Notes: generated by a model not told the origin, from the letters alone. DNA of 50,324 nucleotides from a virus (IMGVR_UViG_2681813429_000008:1-50324), one strand, 5' to 3'. Positions 29,982 to 39,702 are shown, counted from the stretch's first letter. Numbers and translations are program-made.

Positions 29982-30698
29982 ATGGAAAATAAAAAATCAC
30001 TGACGACAGAACAGCTCGAAGACGCTAAGCGGCTTAAGGCTTTGTATGAGTCAAAAAAGAAAGAATTGGGAATAACCCAATACTCAATCGCTGATGAACT
30101 GGGTATCACCCAAGGAGCGGTAGGGCATTATCTTAATGGCAGAAACGCGCTAAACGTTGAGGTCGCATCTGGTTTTGCACGTTTGTTGCAAGTCTCAATT
30201 GCTGATTTTAGCCAGTCAATTGCTGCCAAGGTTGCAGAACAGGCAGAAAGCCTTAAGAGCGATGCCAACGTAAGGTATGCAGGGGAATACAGAGCAGGAA
30301 AGAGGTATCCGGTGTTAAGCAGTATCCAGGCTGGTTCGTGGTGTGAAGCATGCGAACCATACACCATTAAAGACATAGATGTTTGGCTTGAGTCTGACGC
30401 GCATATTCAAGGTAATGCGTTCTGGCTTAAAGTGGAAGGTGATTCAATGACGGCACCGGTTGGGTTAAGTATTCCAGAGGGAACATTCGTTCTTTTCGAT
30501 ACCGGAAGGGAGGCGATCAACGGCAGCTTGGTCATAGCAAAACTTTCTGACTCTAACGAAGCAACATTCAAGAAGCTGATAATCGACGGCGGAAATAAAT
30601 ACCTCAAGGGACTTAATCCTGCATGGCCTCTCGTGCCAATCAATGGAAACTGCAAGATTATAGGCGTTGCAATTGAGACAAAACTCAGACTGGTTTGA
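29982..30698 (+). CDS. CI-type repressor (HTH plus S24 LexA-like peptidase domain)
   Basis: 238 aa. N-terminal HTH (LGITQYSIADELGITQGAVGHYLNG), Ala-Gly cleavage site, catalytic Ser (GDSM) and Lys in the C-terminal domain. Confidence 0.9.
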   Translation: MENKKSLTTEQLEDAKRLKALYESKKKELGITQYSIADELGITQGAVGHYLNGRNALNVEVASGFARLLQVSIADFSQSIAAKVAEQAESLKSDANVRYAGEYRAGKRYPVLSSIQAGSWCEACEPYTIKDIDVWLESDAHIQGNAFWLKVEGDSMTAPVGLSIPEGTFVLFDTGREAINGSLVIAKLSDSNEATFKKLIIDGGNKYLKGLNPAWPLVPINGNCKIIGVAIETKLRLV

Positions 30699-30716
30699 TC
30701 ACGCAAGGGGGCGCTT

Positions 30717-31085
30717 ATGGTTGGAACCGCTATAGCAAGCTTTTTGGGGATGTTGGCAATCTCAACAATTTACGGCTTAGCGCATGCTTTTATTGCGAAA
30801 TCTCTATCAGAAAAAATAAGCCAGGCTTGGGCGCATAGATCAGCTCGTTTCATGATTCTAGTGATCATAGCAATACAAGGGATATCTGCATTTATCCTCT
30901 ATGGATCAAGCTTATACCTATTGTATCAAGGCGCGACATTTACGCCTTACACCAGTGATTACGGAACTCTATACGATGGTAGTGAAGACATCTCTATGGC
31001 TTGGATCGTCTTTGGTTTATCTATGGCCGTGTCTGTTGTAGCAGACATCATTAAGGTAATTCTCGTCTTAACCTTCGCTGACTAA
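30717..31085 (+). CDS. Small multi-pass membrane protein downstream of cI (RexB/SieB-like position)
   Basis: 122 aa with 3-4 predicted hydrophobic helices, 19 nt after the cI stop, so probably co-transcribed from PRM. Confidence 0.6.
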   Translation: MVGTAIASFLGMLAISTIYGLAHAFIAKSLSEKISQAWAHRSARFMILVIIAIQGISAFILYGSSLYLLYQGATFTPYTSDYGTLYDGSEDISMAWIVFGLSMAVSVVADIIKVILVLTFAD

Positions 31086-31172
31086 CCCATAATCCCGGCA
31101 GCAATAGCTATCGGGATCCACTTCACATATCCCGCATAAAAAGCACTGAACAAGCAGACACCGAAAAAAATA

Positions 31173-31257
31173 AATATCCTTTGTATTCATTTGTTTATCA
31201 TTATTTCATCAAAAATAAATACCTTGGGTATTTACACAATAAAATACCTACAGTATT
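31173..31257. promoter_or_regulatory. OL operator region: three AATAC-N5-GTATT-type sites (PL)
   Basis: Sites at ~31173-31187 (AATATCCTTTGTATT), ~31218-31232 (AATACCTTGGGTATT) and ~31243-31257 (AATACCTACAGTATT). Same consensus as OR. Confidence 0.6.
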
Positions 31258-31304
31258 CTTTAGCCATCAGCAGGACGCTGGAAGTCAAACGGAAAAGATT
31301 GGCA

Positions 31305-31345
31305 GGCTCTTTAACATTGATGGGATTGTCCCGCCGAAATGCGGG
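31305..31345 (+). promoter_or_regulatory. nutL (boxA-like GGCTCTTTAA plus boxB hairpin)
   Basis: boxB CCCGCCGAAATGCGGG identical to the nutR boxB, with the same 17-nt boxA-boxB spacing, upstream of N. Confidence 0.65.
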
Positions 31346-31660
31346 AACCAAAGAGTAGTTGGCTTTGGGGTGACGTGAAGTGCAGCTGCACGACGGCAAC
31401 CGGAAGATAAGCACCCGGCGCGTCACCGCCAAAGTCAATTCCATAGGCGTTATGCAGCCGCCACCATATTCAAGAAAGCTGCACAAGAGGTAGGAGGATT
31501 TATGTGAATACTTACATTCAATTGAGAGATTAATTAAATAGAACTGATCGAGCAGAGTCCATAAAGGCTCATAAATGCTCTTCCATCCCCGTCTAATTGG
31601 CGGGGAAGGAAACCACTTTGTAATAAAAAAAATTCCAAAGTTGTTTCATCGGAGGTCAAC

Positions 31661-31960
31661 ATGACAGTAGTCATTACATATCTGGCTGACGATAACGCCA
31701 GAAATCGCCGCAGAGCACGCAGACAGGCTCAACGTGAACAGGCAATGCAAGAACAGCGACTGGCGCGAAAAATTGCGCTAAAGCTCTCTGGTTGCGTCAG
31801 AGCAGATAAAGCAGCATCACTCGGAAGCCTTCGCTGTAAGAAAGCAGAAGAAGTCGAGAGTAAACAGAATCGTATTTACTACCGCAAGCCACGCAGTGAA
31901 ATGGGTGTGACTTGTGTTGGTCGCCAGAAAATGAAATTAGGCAGCAAACCACTTATTTGA
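31661..31960 (+). CDS. N: Antiterminator N (P22 gp24-like)
   Basis: 99 aa. N-terminus MTVVITYLADDNARNRRRARRQAQREQ has an arginine-rich motif and resembles P22 gp24. First gene after nutL. Confidence 0.8.
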   Translation: MTVVITYLADDNARNRRRARRQAQREQAMQEQRLARKIALKLSGCVRADKAASLGSLRCKKAEEVESKQNRIYYRKPRSEMGVTCVGRQKMKLGSKPLI

Positions 31961-31968
31961 GGTGAGAT

Positions 31969-32439
31969 ATGACAAAATCATGGAGCGTACCTTTTCCCGA
32001 ATCAGAAACTGAACATGATGGAATGCCTGTTTTCTGGAGATTCCAGGCGACAGTTGAAGAAGATGGAATCAAAATATTCGCACTTCAATATATAGCTTTT
32101 CATCAGACAGAGCATTATGCATGGTTGGTTCCTGCGCATTGGATTGTTAATTTTAAACCAGCACCAAATCAGTGGTTACAGGAATGGAAACAAAGGAGAA
32201 ATAGATATGCAATTAAGAAAGTAGCAAAAAATGCAGAAAGATCTTTTGCATTCCCAACGAAGAAACTTGCCATTGAGAGTTTATTGCGCCGGAAGAAATA
32301 CCATTTAATGAGAATCAAACAAGATTTGGCTGTTGTATCAACTCTTGTTGATGGGATGAAGAATATTGATACATCAACACCAGATATTGAATATAACTTT
32401 GGACACAACCAAGAAACAGAAAATTGGGTATTCTACTAG
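31969..32439 (+). CDS. Hypothetical early protein
   Basis: 156 aa AT-rich ORF with RBS, immediately after N. Confidence 0.55.
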   Translation: MTKSWSVPFPESETEHDGMPVFWRFQATVEEDGIKIFALQYIAFHQTEHYAWLVPAHWIVNFKPAPNQWLQEWKQRRNRYAIKKVAKNAERSFAFPTKKLAIESLLRRKKYHLMRIKQDLAVVSTLVDGMKNIDTSTPDIEYNFGHNQETENWVFY

Positions 32440-32580
32440 GCCGCATAGTCGGCCTTTATTTTTGGCATAAATAACAGAATAAACACTGCACTGTGTATTC
32501 ATTCCAACGAGTGAATACACGGAGCAATGTCGCTCGTAACTAAACAGGAGCCGACTTGTTCTGATTATTGGAAATCTTCT

Positions 32581-32609
32581 TTGCCCTCCAGTGTGAGGGC
32601 AATTTTTTT
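32581..32609 (+). terminator. Intrinsic terminator within the PL operon (tL-like)
   Basis: Hairpin TTGCCCTC-CAGTG-TGAGGGCAA followed by TTTTTTT, just upstream of the coiled-coil protein gene. Confidence 0.7.
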
Positions 32610-32621
32610 GATGGAGGATAT

Positions 32622-33590
32622 ATGAGTGAAGTAACAGATTTAGTTGTTATTGAAAAAGCAAATGCAATGACTGTATTTCAGTCTGCCGACCAGATTGAAG
32701 AAATCCTTCAAAAGGTTGAACGTGAAGTTATGTCCTTTGTGCCTGATATCACAACGGCAAAGGGCAGAAAGGAGATCGCTTCTCTGGCGTATAAAGTTGC
32801 GCAGACGAAAACATATCTCGATGGTCTTGGCAAAGACCTTGTTGCTGAACTGAAGGAAATTCCAAAGCTAATTGATGCCAACCGCAAGACAGTGCGTGAT
32901 CGCCTTGATGAACTGAAAGCCAAGGCGCGCCAGCCTCTTACTGATTATGAGGAAGAACAGGCGCGGATTAAAGCCGAAGAAGAAGCTAAGGCAGCAGCTG
33001 AAGCTCTCGCAAAGCAAATTGAGTCTGACCATGAAATAGCGATTTTGATGGATCGCGAATTTGACCGCCAAAGAGAAGAGGCAAGACTCAAAGCGGAGCA
33101 GGAAAAGCGAGAGCATGAAGAACGCTTAAAAAGAGAAGCTGAAGAAAAAGCCAGAGCAGAAGCCGAAGCAAAGGCAAAAGCCGAAATTGAAGCAGCAGCA
33201 AGGCGAGAAGCAGAAGCTAAGGCCGCAGCGGAACGTGCAGAGCGTGAACGCATTGAAGCCGAGCAACGAGCACAGCGCGAAGCAAAAGAGGCAGCAGAAC
33301 AAGCTGAAAGAGAAAAGCAGGCGGCAATTGAAGCAGAACGCCGAAAAGCACAGGAGGAGGCTGAACGAATCCGGCGCGAGGCTGAAGCAAAAGAGCAAGC
33401 CAGAATAGCAGAAGAAAAAAGAATCAAGGACGAAGAAGAGCGTAGGGCAAAGGATAAAGCTCACCGGAAAGAAGTAAATAACAAAATACTTGCTGACATT
33501 ATCAAGGTTGGCGCATCAGAAGATGTTGCTAAAAATATCATAACAGCCATCGTAAAAGGCGAAGTATTCGCAACAAAAATAACCTACTAA
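32622..33590 (+). CDS. Coiled-coil protein with long E/A/K/R-rich repeat region
   Basis: Start at ATG after GGAGGA. About 120 aa N-terminal domain, ~150 aa low-complexity charged helix (EAEAKAKAEIEAAARREAEAKAAAE...), ~40 aa C-terminal domain. Confidence 0.6.
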   Translation: MSEVTDLVVIEKANAMTVFQSADQIEEILQKVEREVMSFVPDITTAKGRKEIASLAYKVAQTKTYLDGLGKDLVAELKEIPKLIDANRKTVRDRLDELKAKARQPLTDYEEEQARIKAEEEAKAAAEALAKQIESDHEIAILMDREFDRQREEARLKAEQEKREHEERLKREAEEKARAEAEAKAKAEIEAAARREAEAKAAAERAERERIEAEQRAQREAKEAAEQAEREKQAAIEAERRKAQEEAERIRREAEAKEQARIAEEKRIKDEEERRAKDKAHRKEVNNKILADIIKVGASEDVAKNIITAIVKGEVFATKITY

Positions 33591-33614
33591 TAAAACCAAC
33601 ATAAGGAACCACCC

Positions 33615-33746
33615 ATGATTTACGCAATCGCGGGAGGCGCTCGCATGGGTGCCTTCCAACTAAATGAATCTTTACTTGAACGAATCACCCGTAAATTACG
33701 TGACGGATGGAAAAGAGTTGAGGTCTTATTATGCGCAATGAAATAG
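33615..33746 (+). CDS. cIII: CIII (FtsH inhibitor)
   Basis: 43 aa ORF found manually: MIYAIAGGARMGAFQLNESLLERITRKLRDGWKRVEVLLCAMK. Central ESLLERITRKLRDGWKR matches lambda CIII as recalled. Confidence 0.8.
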   Translation: MIYAIAGGARMGAFQLNESLLERITRKLRDGWKRVEVLLCAMK

Positions 33747-33883
33747 CCATCAATCACCAGATGCTTCGTGCTGCACAGAACAAAGCAGTAATAGCCAGAT
33801 TTATTGGTGATTCAAAAATGTGGCTTGAAGCAAATAAAGCGATGAAATCAGCTATCAACCTTCCGTGGTATCGCAGGAAATGA
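33731..33883 (+). CDS. kil: Kil (FtsZ inhibitor)
   Basis: 50 aa ORF overlapping the cIII 3' end; ...AVIARFIGDSKMWLEANKAMK... resembles lambda Kil. Confidence 0.65.
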   Translation: MRNEIAINHQMLRAAQNKAVIARFIGDSKMWLEANKAMKSAINLPWYRRK

Positions 33884-34050
33884 GTTTTATAGATAACTGG
33901 TCAGACGAGGAATTCATTCGTCAGATGAAAGCATTAATCGGTAACGAAGGAGATATTCATGTCACTTGCAACCACAGTGAAGGAGAGCAAGTTACAGAGA
34001 CGCATGTACACGCAGCAGGCGTTAATGTATCGCCAGAAGGGAGATCGTGA
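33880..34050 (+). CDS. Hypothetical small early protein
   Basis: 56 aa, ATG overlapping the kil stop (ATGA). Confidence 0.4.
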   Translation: MSFIDNWSDEEFIRQMKALIGNEGDIHVTCNHSEGEQVTETHVHAAGVNVSPEGRS

Positions 34051-34137
34051 AGGTGTTCGCGTATTTTTAAATGCGGCAAAGACTGAAGTATTAAATCAGC
34101 GTTATTTCCTTGGGCCATGTCCATTCTGAGGTGAATT

Positions 34138-34845
34138 ATGGATTTGAATAAATTCGATGAGCCATTCAGCCCTGAAGATATCGAATGGCGAATACAGCAA
34201 AGCGGTAAAACACGCGATGGAAAGGTGTGGGCTATGGTGCTGGCTTATGTCACGAACAGGGCAATCATGAAACGCCTGGACGATGTTTGCGGCAAAGCAG
34301 GATGGCGCAATGAATACCGCGATATTCCCAACAACGGCGGCGTTGAATGCGGCATATCAATCAGGATTGATTCCGAATGGGTAACCAAATGGGATGCTGC
34401 TGAAAACACGCAGGTAGAAGCCGTAAAAGGTGGTCGTTCCGGTGCAATGAAGCGCGCTGCCGTTCAATGGGGAATCGGTCGGTATCTGTATAACCTTGAG
34501 GAAGGTTTCGCACAAACATCTCTCGATAAAAAGCAGGGATGGCACAGGGCAAAACTGAAGGATGGAACAGGATTTTACTGGCTCCCTCCATCGCTGCCGG
34601 GATGGGCAATCCCAGCATCAGATAACAAACCATCACCAGAAAATACCAACCAGAAATATCCATCGGTTGACTGCGAACAAATCCTGAAAGACTTCAGCGA
34701 TTATGCGTCAACAGAAACTGACAAGAAAAAACTCATCGAGCGTTATCAGCGTGACTGGCAATTAATGGCTGGCAACGAGGAGGCGCAGGCTAAATGCGTT
34801 CAGGTAATGAACATCAGAGTTAACGAACTAAAACAGGCGGCATAA
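34138..34845 (+). CDS. Single-strand annealing recombinase (Rad52-like N-domain, Erf-like C-terminus)
   Basis: 235 aa. Conserved annealing-protein core (GVECGISIRID..WVTKWDAAE...AVKGGRSGAMKRAAVQWGIGRYLY). C-terminal tail resembles the P22 Erf C-terminus as recalled. Confidence 0.7.
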   Translation: MDLNKFDEPFSPEDIEWRIQQSGKTRDGKVWAMVLAYVTNRAIMKRLDDVCGKAGWRNEYRDIPNNGGVECGISIRIDSEWVTKWDAAENTQVEAVKGGRSGAMKRAAVQWGIGRYLYNLEEGFAQTSLDKKQGWHRAKLKDGTGFYWLPPSLPGWAIPASDNKPSPENTNQKYPSVDCEQILKDFSDYASTETDKKKLIERYQRDWQLMAGNEEAQAKCVQVMNIRVNELKQAA

Positions 34846-35313
34846 ATGTCTCACTTGGACGGAATTATTAAAAGATTCGAGTCCAGCTACAAAGTTAATG
34901 AAACAACAGGTTGCTGGGAGTCTACCTATTCAAAAAACAAAGGAGGATACACAAAATTTGTAGCCTTTGGCGTAACAATGCTTTCTCATCGGGTTGCTTT
35001 TGAGCTTTATCACTCCCCCATTCCATCTGGGAAGATGGTTTGCCACAAATGCGATAACCCATGCTGCGTTAATCCTGAACATCTCTTTTTAGGTAGCGCG
35101 CAAGAAAACATGGACGACAAGATAGCAAAAGGAAGGCATCGTGGAGCCAAGAAAGGTCATGCTCATCATGGTGCAAAATTAACAGAGTGGCAGGTTATAG
35201 AAATTAGGAAAAGACTCTCTGAAAAAGAGAGTCAGTACAAGATAGCAAAAGACATGGGTGTATCTCAATCAATTATAAGCAACATAAAAACTGGAAAGAG
35301 GTGGAGCAAATGA
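34846..35313 (+). CDS. HNH homing endonuclease
   Basis: 155 aa. HNH core (HRVAFELYH...[26 protein letters not shown]) and C-terminal HTH-like DNA-binding region. Inserted between the recombinase and ssb. Confidence 0.8.
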   Translation: MSHLDGIIKRFESSYKVNETTGCWESTYSKNKGGYTKFVAFGVTMLSHRVAFELYHSPIPSGKMVCHKCDNPCCVNPEHLFLGSAQENMDDKIAKGRHRGAKKGHAHHGAKLTEWQVIEIRKRLSEKESQYKIAKDMGVSQSIISNIKTGKRWSK

Positions 35314-35783
35314 GTTCTCGCGGGATAAATAAGGTGATCATTATTGGTCGCCTTGGGCATGATCCAGAAATCAGATATTCACCATCAGGAACGGCATTTG
35401 CAAACCTTACAGTTGCTACGTCAGAACAATGGCGTGATAAGCAAACTGGAGAGCAAAAGGAGCAGACGGAGTGGCACCGCGTGGTAATGAGCGGGAAACT
35501 GGCAGAAATTGCCAGCGAATATCTGCGAAAAGGCTCTGAGGTTTATCTTGAAGGCAAATTGCGGACAAGAAAATGGCAGGATCAAAGCGGACAGGATCGG
35601 TTCACTACCGAAGTTATCGTAGGCGTTGGTGGAACCATGCAAATGCTTGGTGGCAAGCAAGGAGGCAATGAACAGTCTTCACCTCAGCGAAATAACGGTC
35701 AGCAACAAAGACAGCAATCTCAGCAGCAGGGAAATCACAGCGAACCACCTATGAACTTCGACGATTCGGATATTCCGTTCTAA
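35310..35783 (+). CDS. ssb: Single-stranded DNA-binding protein
   Basis: Start at [23 protein letters not shown]. Gly/Gln-rich linker and acidic C-terminal tail (DDSDIPF) as in E. coli SSB. Confidence 0.95.
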   Translation: MSSRGINKVIIIGRLGHDPEIRYSPSGTAFANLTVATSEQWRDKQTGEQKEQTEWHRVVMSGKLAEIASEYLRKGSEVYLEGKLRTRKWQDQSGQDRFTTEVIVGVGGTMQMLGGKQGGNEQSSPQRNNGQQQRQQSQQQGNHSEPPMNFDDSDIPF

Positions 35784-35792
35784 GAGCTGAAT

Positions 35793-36272
35793 ATGAAAAT
35801 CTGCTCAAGATGCCATCAACAGAAGGAAGAAAGGGACTTTCAAATCAGAAGAGCATCCAGAGATGGATTAACTGCCGCTTGCCGGGCTTTCCTGGCTGAA
35901 TACGACAAAGAGCGCGCGGGATTGCCACATCGAGTATCAGCAAGGAGAGAATATCAATCATCGGAACGCGGCAGAGAACGGTGTAACGCAGCCAAAAAGC
36001 GGTTCATTCAGAGCAACCCATGGAAAAGAAAAGCCCACATCATCGTGGGTAATTTTTTGCGCGACGGTAAGCTAATCCGACCACCACAATGTGAGTGCTG
36101 CGGATCAGAATGTAAACCACAGGCGCACCACTGCGACTACAGCAAACCAACCGATGTGATGTGGCTCTGCAAGTCATGTCATGTCGAGTGGCACAAACAT
36201 AACAAACCTATCTACCCAGACGAGGAGCCAGTAACTCTCCCCTTCCCTCGTCACGCTATTCACGCAATTTAA
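35793..36272 (+). CDS. Zinc-binding HNH-motif protein
   Basis: 159 aa with CxxC...CxxC...HHCDY...CKSCH...WH pattern. Confidence 0.5.
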   Translation: MKICSRCHQQKEERDFQIRRASRDGLTAACRAFLAEYDKERAGLPHRVSARREYQSSERGRERCNAAKKRFIQSNPWKRKAHIIVGNFLRDGKLIRPPQCECCGSECKPQAHHCDYSKPTDVMWLCKSCHVEWHKHNKPIYPDEEPVTLPFPRHAIHAI

Positions 36273-36285
36273 TCAGGAGAAAATC

Positions 36286-36582
36286 ATGCCAGCGCCTCAG
36301 TATGGTGCGGATGACCCGCGCCGCTGTTCCGGCAATTCCGTATCGGAGGTGCTGGATAAATTCAGAAAAAACTACGACCTGATAATGTCGCTACCGCAGG
36401 AAACGAAAGAGGAAAAGGAATTTCGCCACTGCATATGGCTTGCAGAGAAAGAAGAACGAGAGCGAATTTACCAGACATCAATCCGACCATTCCGCAAAGC
36501 CACATATACCCACTTCCCTGAATATATCGACCCACGCCTGCGTAATTACCGCTCACGCTATGGCGCTATCAGTAGTGACTGA
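36286..36582 (+). CDS. Hypothetical early protein (possibly Abc2-like anti-RecBCD)
   Basis: 98 aa ORF in the position occupied by abc genes in P22; the assignment is from uncertain recollection only. Confidence 0.45.
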   Translation: MPAPQYGADDPRRCSGNSVSEVLDKFRKNYDLIMSLPQETKEEKEFRHCIWLAEKEERERIYQTSIRPFRKATYTHFPEYIDPRLRNYRSRYGAISSD

Positions 36583-36592
36583 GGAATTAACA

Positions 36593-36883
36593 ATGAAAAC
36601 AATGAAGCTAAACATCGACCTCGGAAAATACGTTATTACCGGAACCAAACACGACCTGATTCTTAGTGAAAGAGGAATTATCAAAGAAGGTGAGAATGCG
36701 GGGAAAGAAACACTAAGCCGTATCGGTTATTACAGCAAGTTTGAGCATCTGGTTAAAGAATTATGCAACCGTGAAATCCTGTTATCTCAGGCGCAGACGC
36801 TACAGGATATTCAGCAGCATATCGAAACTTTAGGTATGTCACTTAGCATGGCTATTGACCAGTTCATGGAGAGTAAATCATGA
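36593..36883 (+). CDS. Hypothetical early protein
   Basis: 96 aa; ATG at 36593 preceded by GAGGAA. Confidence 0.5.
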   Translation: MKTMKLNIDLGKYVITGTKHDLILSERGIIKEGENAGKETLSRIGYYSKFEHLVKELCNREILLSQAQTLQDIQQHIETLGMSLSMAIDQFMESKS

Positions 36884-37023
36884 GAGGACTTGCATACAAT
36901 CCCCGGCATTCTTCCGGCAGAAATGATTATTCGCCAACGCGTAAAGCCAATGCCATCGAGGGAGGAATTGCTTAAGAGAAATTCTTTTCCATCAGTGAAT
37001 CAAAACAAATATCTGAATGCAAT

Positions 37024-37491
37024 GTGGCGGAGTGGGAAGAAATGAAACAAATGACACTAATTGAGATGGATGGTTTTCTGAAAGGTAAATGCATCCCCCG
37101 AGATTTAAAGGTTAACGAAACAAACGCTGAATATCTGGTGCGTAAGTTCGGTGAACTTGAATCAAAACTAGAAACGGCGTTGCGGGAGTGTCGTTCTGCT
37201 GGAATCACGATTGATAACCTTGAGGCTAAATGCGCGAAGATGGCTGCTGAAAATACCTCGCTTAAGCAATCTGAGAAGGAATTTAATGACTTTTGTCGTG
37301 AGGAGTTTAGCGAATGGGAAGATGATGTTACTGAAACCCCAGCCACCGATGCTTTCCTGGCTGAAGTACGGGCGCAGGGCGTGGAGATGGCTATGGAGCA
37401 TATGCAGTCGAGCGGTTCGTTAACATTTGGAGATTGCTACATATCACTTAACGAGTTCGCCGCAGAGCTTCGCAAAGGAGGTAACCAGTGA
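37024..37491 (+). CDS. Hypothetical early protein (acidic)
   Basis: 155 aa ORF; start may be an internal Met. Confidence 0.45.
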   Translation: MAEWEEMKQMTLIEMDGFLKGKCIPRDLKVNETNAEYLVRKFGELESKLETALRECRSAGITIDNLEAKCAKMAAENTSLKQSEKEFNDFCREEFSEWEDDVTETPATDAFLAEVRAQGVEMAMEHMQSSGSLTFGDCYISLNEFAAELRKGGNQ

Positions 37492-37787
37492 GTGTATATC
37501 TCATTGATAAACGCCGACGTGGGCAACAAATACCACCTGTAGGAATTCCGAATCACACATGGTTTTGCGTACTTGATATCGATGGTATGGATACGTTGAT
37601 CGACACTCGTCATTACTGCGATACCGCAACAGCTACTCCGGCGAAAGCAAAGAAAATGGCTGCTCTGATAGAAAACTGGACTCCACCTGATGGTTGGTGC
37701 AATGGGAATGATCGAGATTGGCACGAAAAAATGAAGGGCTATATCTGCGATTTTTTACGTAAATGCAACGGCTTCAGGGTGATGTGA
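37488..37787 (+). CDS. Hypothetical early protein
   Basis: 99 aa, GTG start overlapping the upstream stop. Confidence 0.4.
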   Translation: MSVYLIDKRRRGQQIPPVGIPNHTWFCVLDIDGMDTLIDTRHYCDTATATPAKAKKMAALIENWTPPDGWCNGNDRDWHEKMKGYICDFLRKCNGFRVM

Positions 37788-37788
37788 T

Positions 37789-38448
37789 ATGACCAAAATT
37801 AACTATCAGGCACTGCGTGAGGCGGCAGAACGTGCAATTCCGGCAATGGAACGCCTGTTAATGTTGCCAGTTGATGATGATCTGATAAGCGAACAGGAAC
37901 TTAAAGATTACGGTGTGGATATTGATGCGCTCAACGCCTTCAAATTTCTGGCCGGACCAGAAACCGTGCTGGCACTACTGGATGAGCTGGAAAGAAACCA
38001 GCAATACATAAAACGCCGTGACCAGGAGAACGAGGATATTGCGCTAACGGTAGGGAAGCTGCGCGTTGAGCTGGAAGGCAAAGACAGCAAAATAGCCAAT
38101 CTTACCGCCGAACGCGATGCTCTTCGTGAAGGTGAGATGGGCGACGCTAGGCATAGCAACACACGGGCCGCAGCTGATATCTACTTCCAACTGGTCGAGG
38201 AGTGCGAAATTCCTGCTGGCGGTTCTCTGGTCGAGTACGTTGACGATATGCGCGAGAAGTTGGAAGCCGCAGAGAAGCGCATAGCAGAACTGGAAGCACG
38301 GGAGGTTGTACTGCCGCGTGCGCACGATGTTCACCCATTAGGGCCGCAGTCGGCGAAAATTTTTTGTGAGTTTCACCGGAGTATCGTGAACAGATGCGCC
38401 GATGAGATTCGCAAGGCTGGCGTCAAAGTCAGCATCAAGGGGAATTAG
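37789..38448 (+). CDS. Coiled-coil early protein (possibly Ead/Ea22-like)
   Basis: 219 aa with central coiled coil; family assignment from recollection only. Confidence 0.5.
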   Translation: MTKINYQALREAAERAIPAMERLLMLPVDDDLISEQELKDYGVDIDALNAFKFLAGPETVLALLDELERNQQYIKRRDQENEDIALTVGKLRVELEGKDSKIANLTAERDALREGEMGDARHSNTRAAADIYFQLVEECEIPAGGSLVEYVDDMREKLEAAEKRIAELEAREVVLPRAHDVHPLGPQSAKIFCEFHRSIVNRCADEIRKAGVKVSIKGN

Positions 38449-38452
38449 GGAT

Positions 38453-39094
38453 ATGGCTGAACTAACCAAAGAATGGCTGAAGCAAACTATCGCTGAATAC
38501 GAAGCCAATCGTGATGAATTACCGTTTGGACTGGATACCAACAGTGCCATTGAGCTTCAGGCGTTCAAGTTGGCGCTGGCATCGCTGGAAGCAGAACCAG
38601 TTGCTTATATTTTCAAACATCCGGCCGGAAAATTATTCTGGGCTTTGACGGATGAAAGCAATAAAGATCAATCGGACGTTATTCCTGTTTATGCCGCCCC
38701 TCCAGTGCCAGTAGTACCTGAAGAAAAACCAATGCCTAACCCTCTTAAAATGTACGCGGTCGATGCTGTTGCCGCTATTGCAGAGGTGAGAGGCTGGAAC
38801 TCCTGCCGCGCCGCCATGCTTCATGGTGCCGAACCTGTAAGCCAAACTTACAAGTTGAACGAGCTATCTGGCAACTCTCCGGTAACTCCGGATGGTTGGA
38901 TAAGCTGTAGTGATCGAATGCCGGAAGACACCAAAATGTTACTGGCATTTAGTCAAGGTGAAATCGTGGCCGCATATTGGAACTGGGTTGTAAATCCAAT
39001 TGATTACAAAAAATATAGAGCTTTCACGTATTTATCAGGAAATATCTTGGATGACGTAACTCACTGGATGCCGCTACCAGAGCCTCCACTTTGA
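38453..39094 (+). CDS. DUF551-like protein
   Basis: C-terminal motif (W...DRMPED...THWMPLPEPP) typical of DUF551 proteins in enterobacterial prophages. Confidence 0.55.
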   Translation: MAELTKEWLKQTIAEYEANRDELPFGLDTNSAIELQAFKLALASLEAEPVAYIFKHPAGKLFWALTDESNKDQSDVIPVYAAPPVPVVPEEKPMPNPLKMYAVDAVAAIAEVRGWNSCRAAMLHGAEPVSQTYKLNELSGNSPVTPDGWISCSDRMPEDTKMLLAFSQGEIVAAYWNWVVNPIDYKKYRAFTYLSGNILDDVTHWMPLPEPPL

Positions 39095-39190
39095 AAGCGA
39101 AGCTTATACATATCTTTTACATCAGCAATCTATTGTTAATCTCCAATCAATGTTACGTTGTCATCTCTCTCATGCTTTGGAGGTAGTGAT

Positions 39191-39370
39191 ATGTCTTGTC
39201 CAAAATGCGGTTCTGGAAATATTGCAAAAGAAAAAACAATGCGTGGATGGTCTGATGATTATGTGTGCTGCGATTGCGGATACAACGACTCTAAAGACGC
39301 ATTTGGAGAGCGTGGTAAAAACGATTTTGTCAAAATTAATAAAGAACGCGAAGGCAACGAAAAAAGCTAA
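39191..39370 (+). CDS. Small zinc-ribbon protein
   Basis: 59 aa with CPKCGSGN...CCDCGYND; ATG after GGAGGT. Confidence 0.5.
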   Translation: MSCPKCGSGNIAKEKTMRGWSDDYVCCDCGYNDSKDAFGERGKNDFVKINKEREGNEKS

Positions 39371-39501
39371 TTTATTTATTCATATATGAAAACAATGTAA
39401 CCAATATTCGAATTGAAGAACTGAAAGAACACCAAGCCGCCTGATGGCGGTTTTTTATTGCCTGATTTGCAGGTTCGATTCCCTATTCGGAGATAGCACT
39501 C

Positions 39502-39702
39502 ATGCAACACGAACTACAGCCTGATTCACTGGTTGATTTGAAATTCATCATGGCTGATACTGGCTTTGGTAAAACCTTCATCTACGACCGGATTAAGTCC
39601 GGCGACCTGCCAAAAGCCAAAGTTATCCACGGGCGAGCAAGATGGTTATATCGTGACCATTGTGAATTCAAAAATAAGCTCTTAAGCCGCGCCAATGGGT
39701 AA
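39502..39702 (+). CDS. xis: Excisionase (Xis/AlpA-family winged helix)
   Basis: 66 aa, last gene of the PL operon, directly upstream of the att core. Confidence 0.6.
   Translation: MQHELQPDSLVDLKFIMADTGFGKTFIYDRIKSGDLPKAKVIHGRARWLYRDHCEFKNKLLSRANG

Noticed and set aside
31576-31605. boxA-like TGCTCTTC plus CCCCG...CGGGG hairpin upstream of N as the nutL site
   Set aside because: A better candidate at 31305-31345 carries a boxB identical to nutR with identical spacing. This one has a 9-nt loop and no counterpart on the cro side.
32945-33464. Long minus-strand ORFs (160 aa Ala/Ser/Arg-rich and 112 aa Cys/Phe-rich) opposite the coiled-coil protein gene
   Set aside because: They mirror the GAA/GCA-rich repeat of the plus-strand gene, have no RBS and lie antisense within a confident gene; compositional artefacts.
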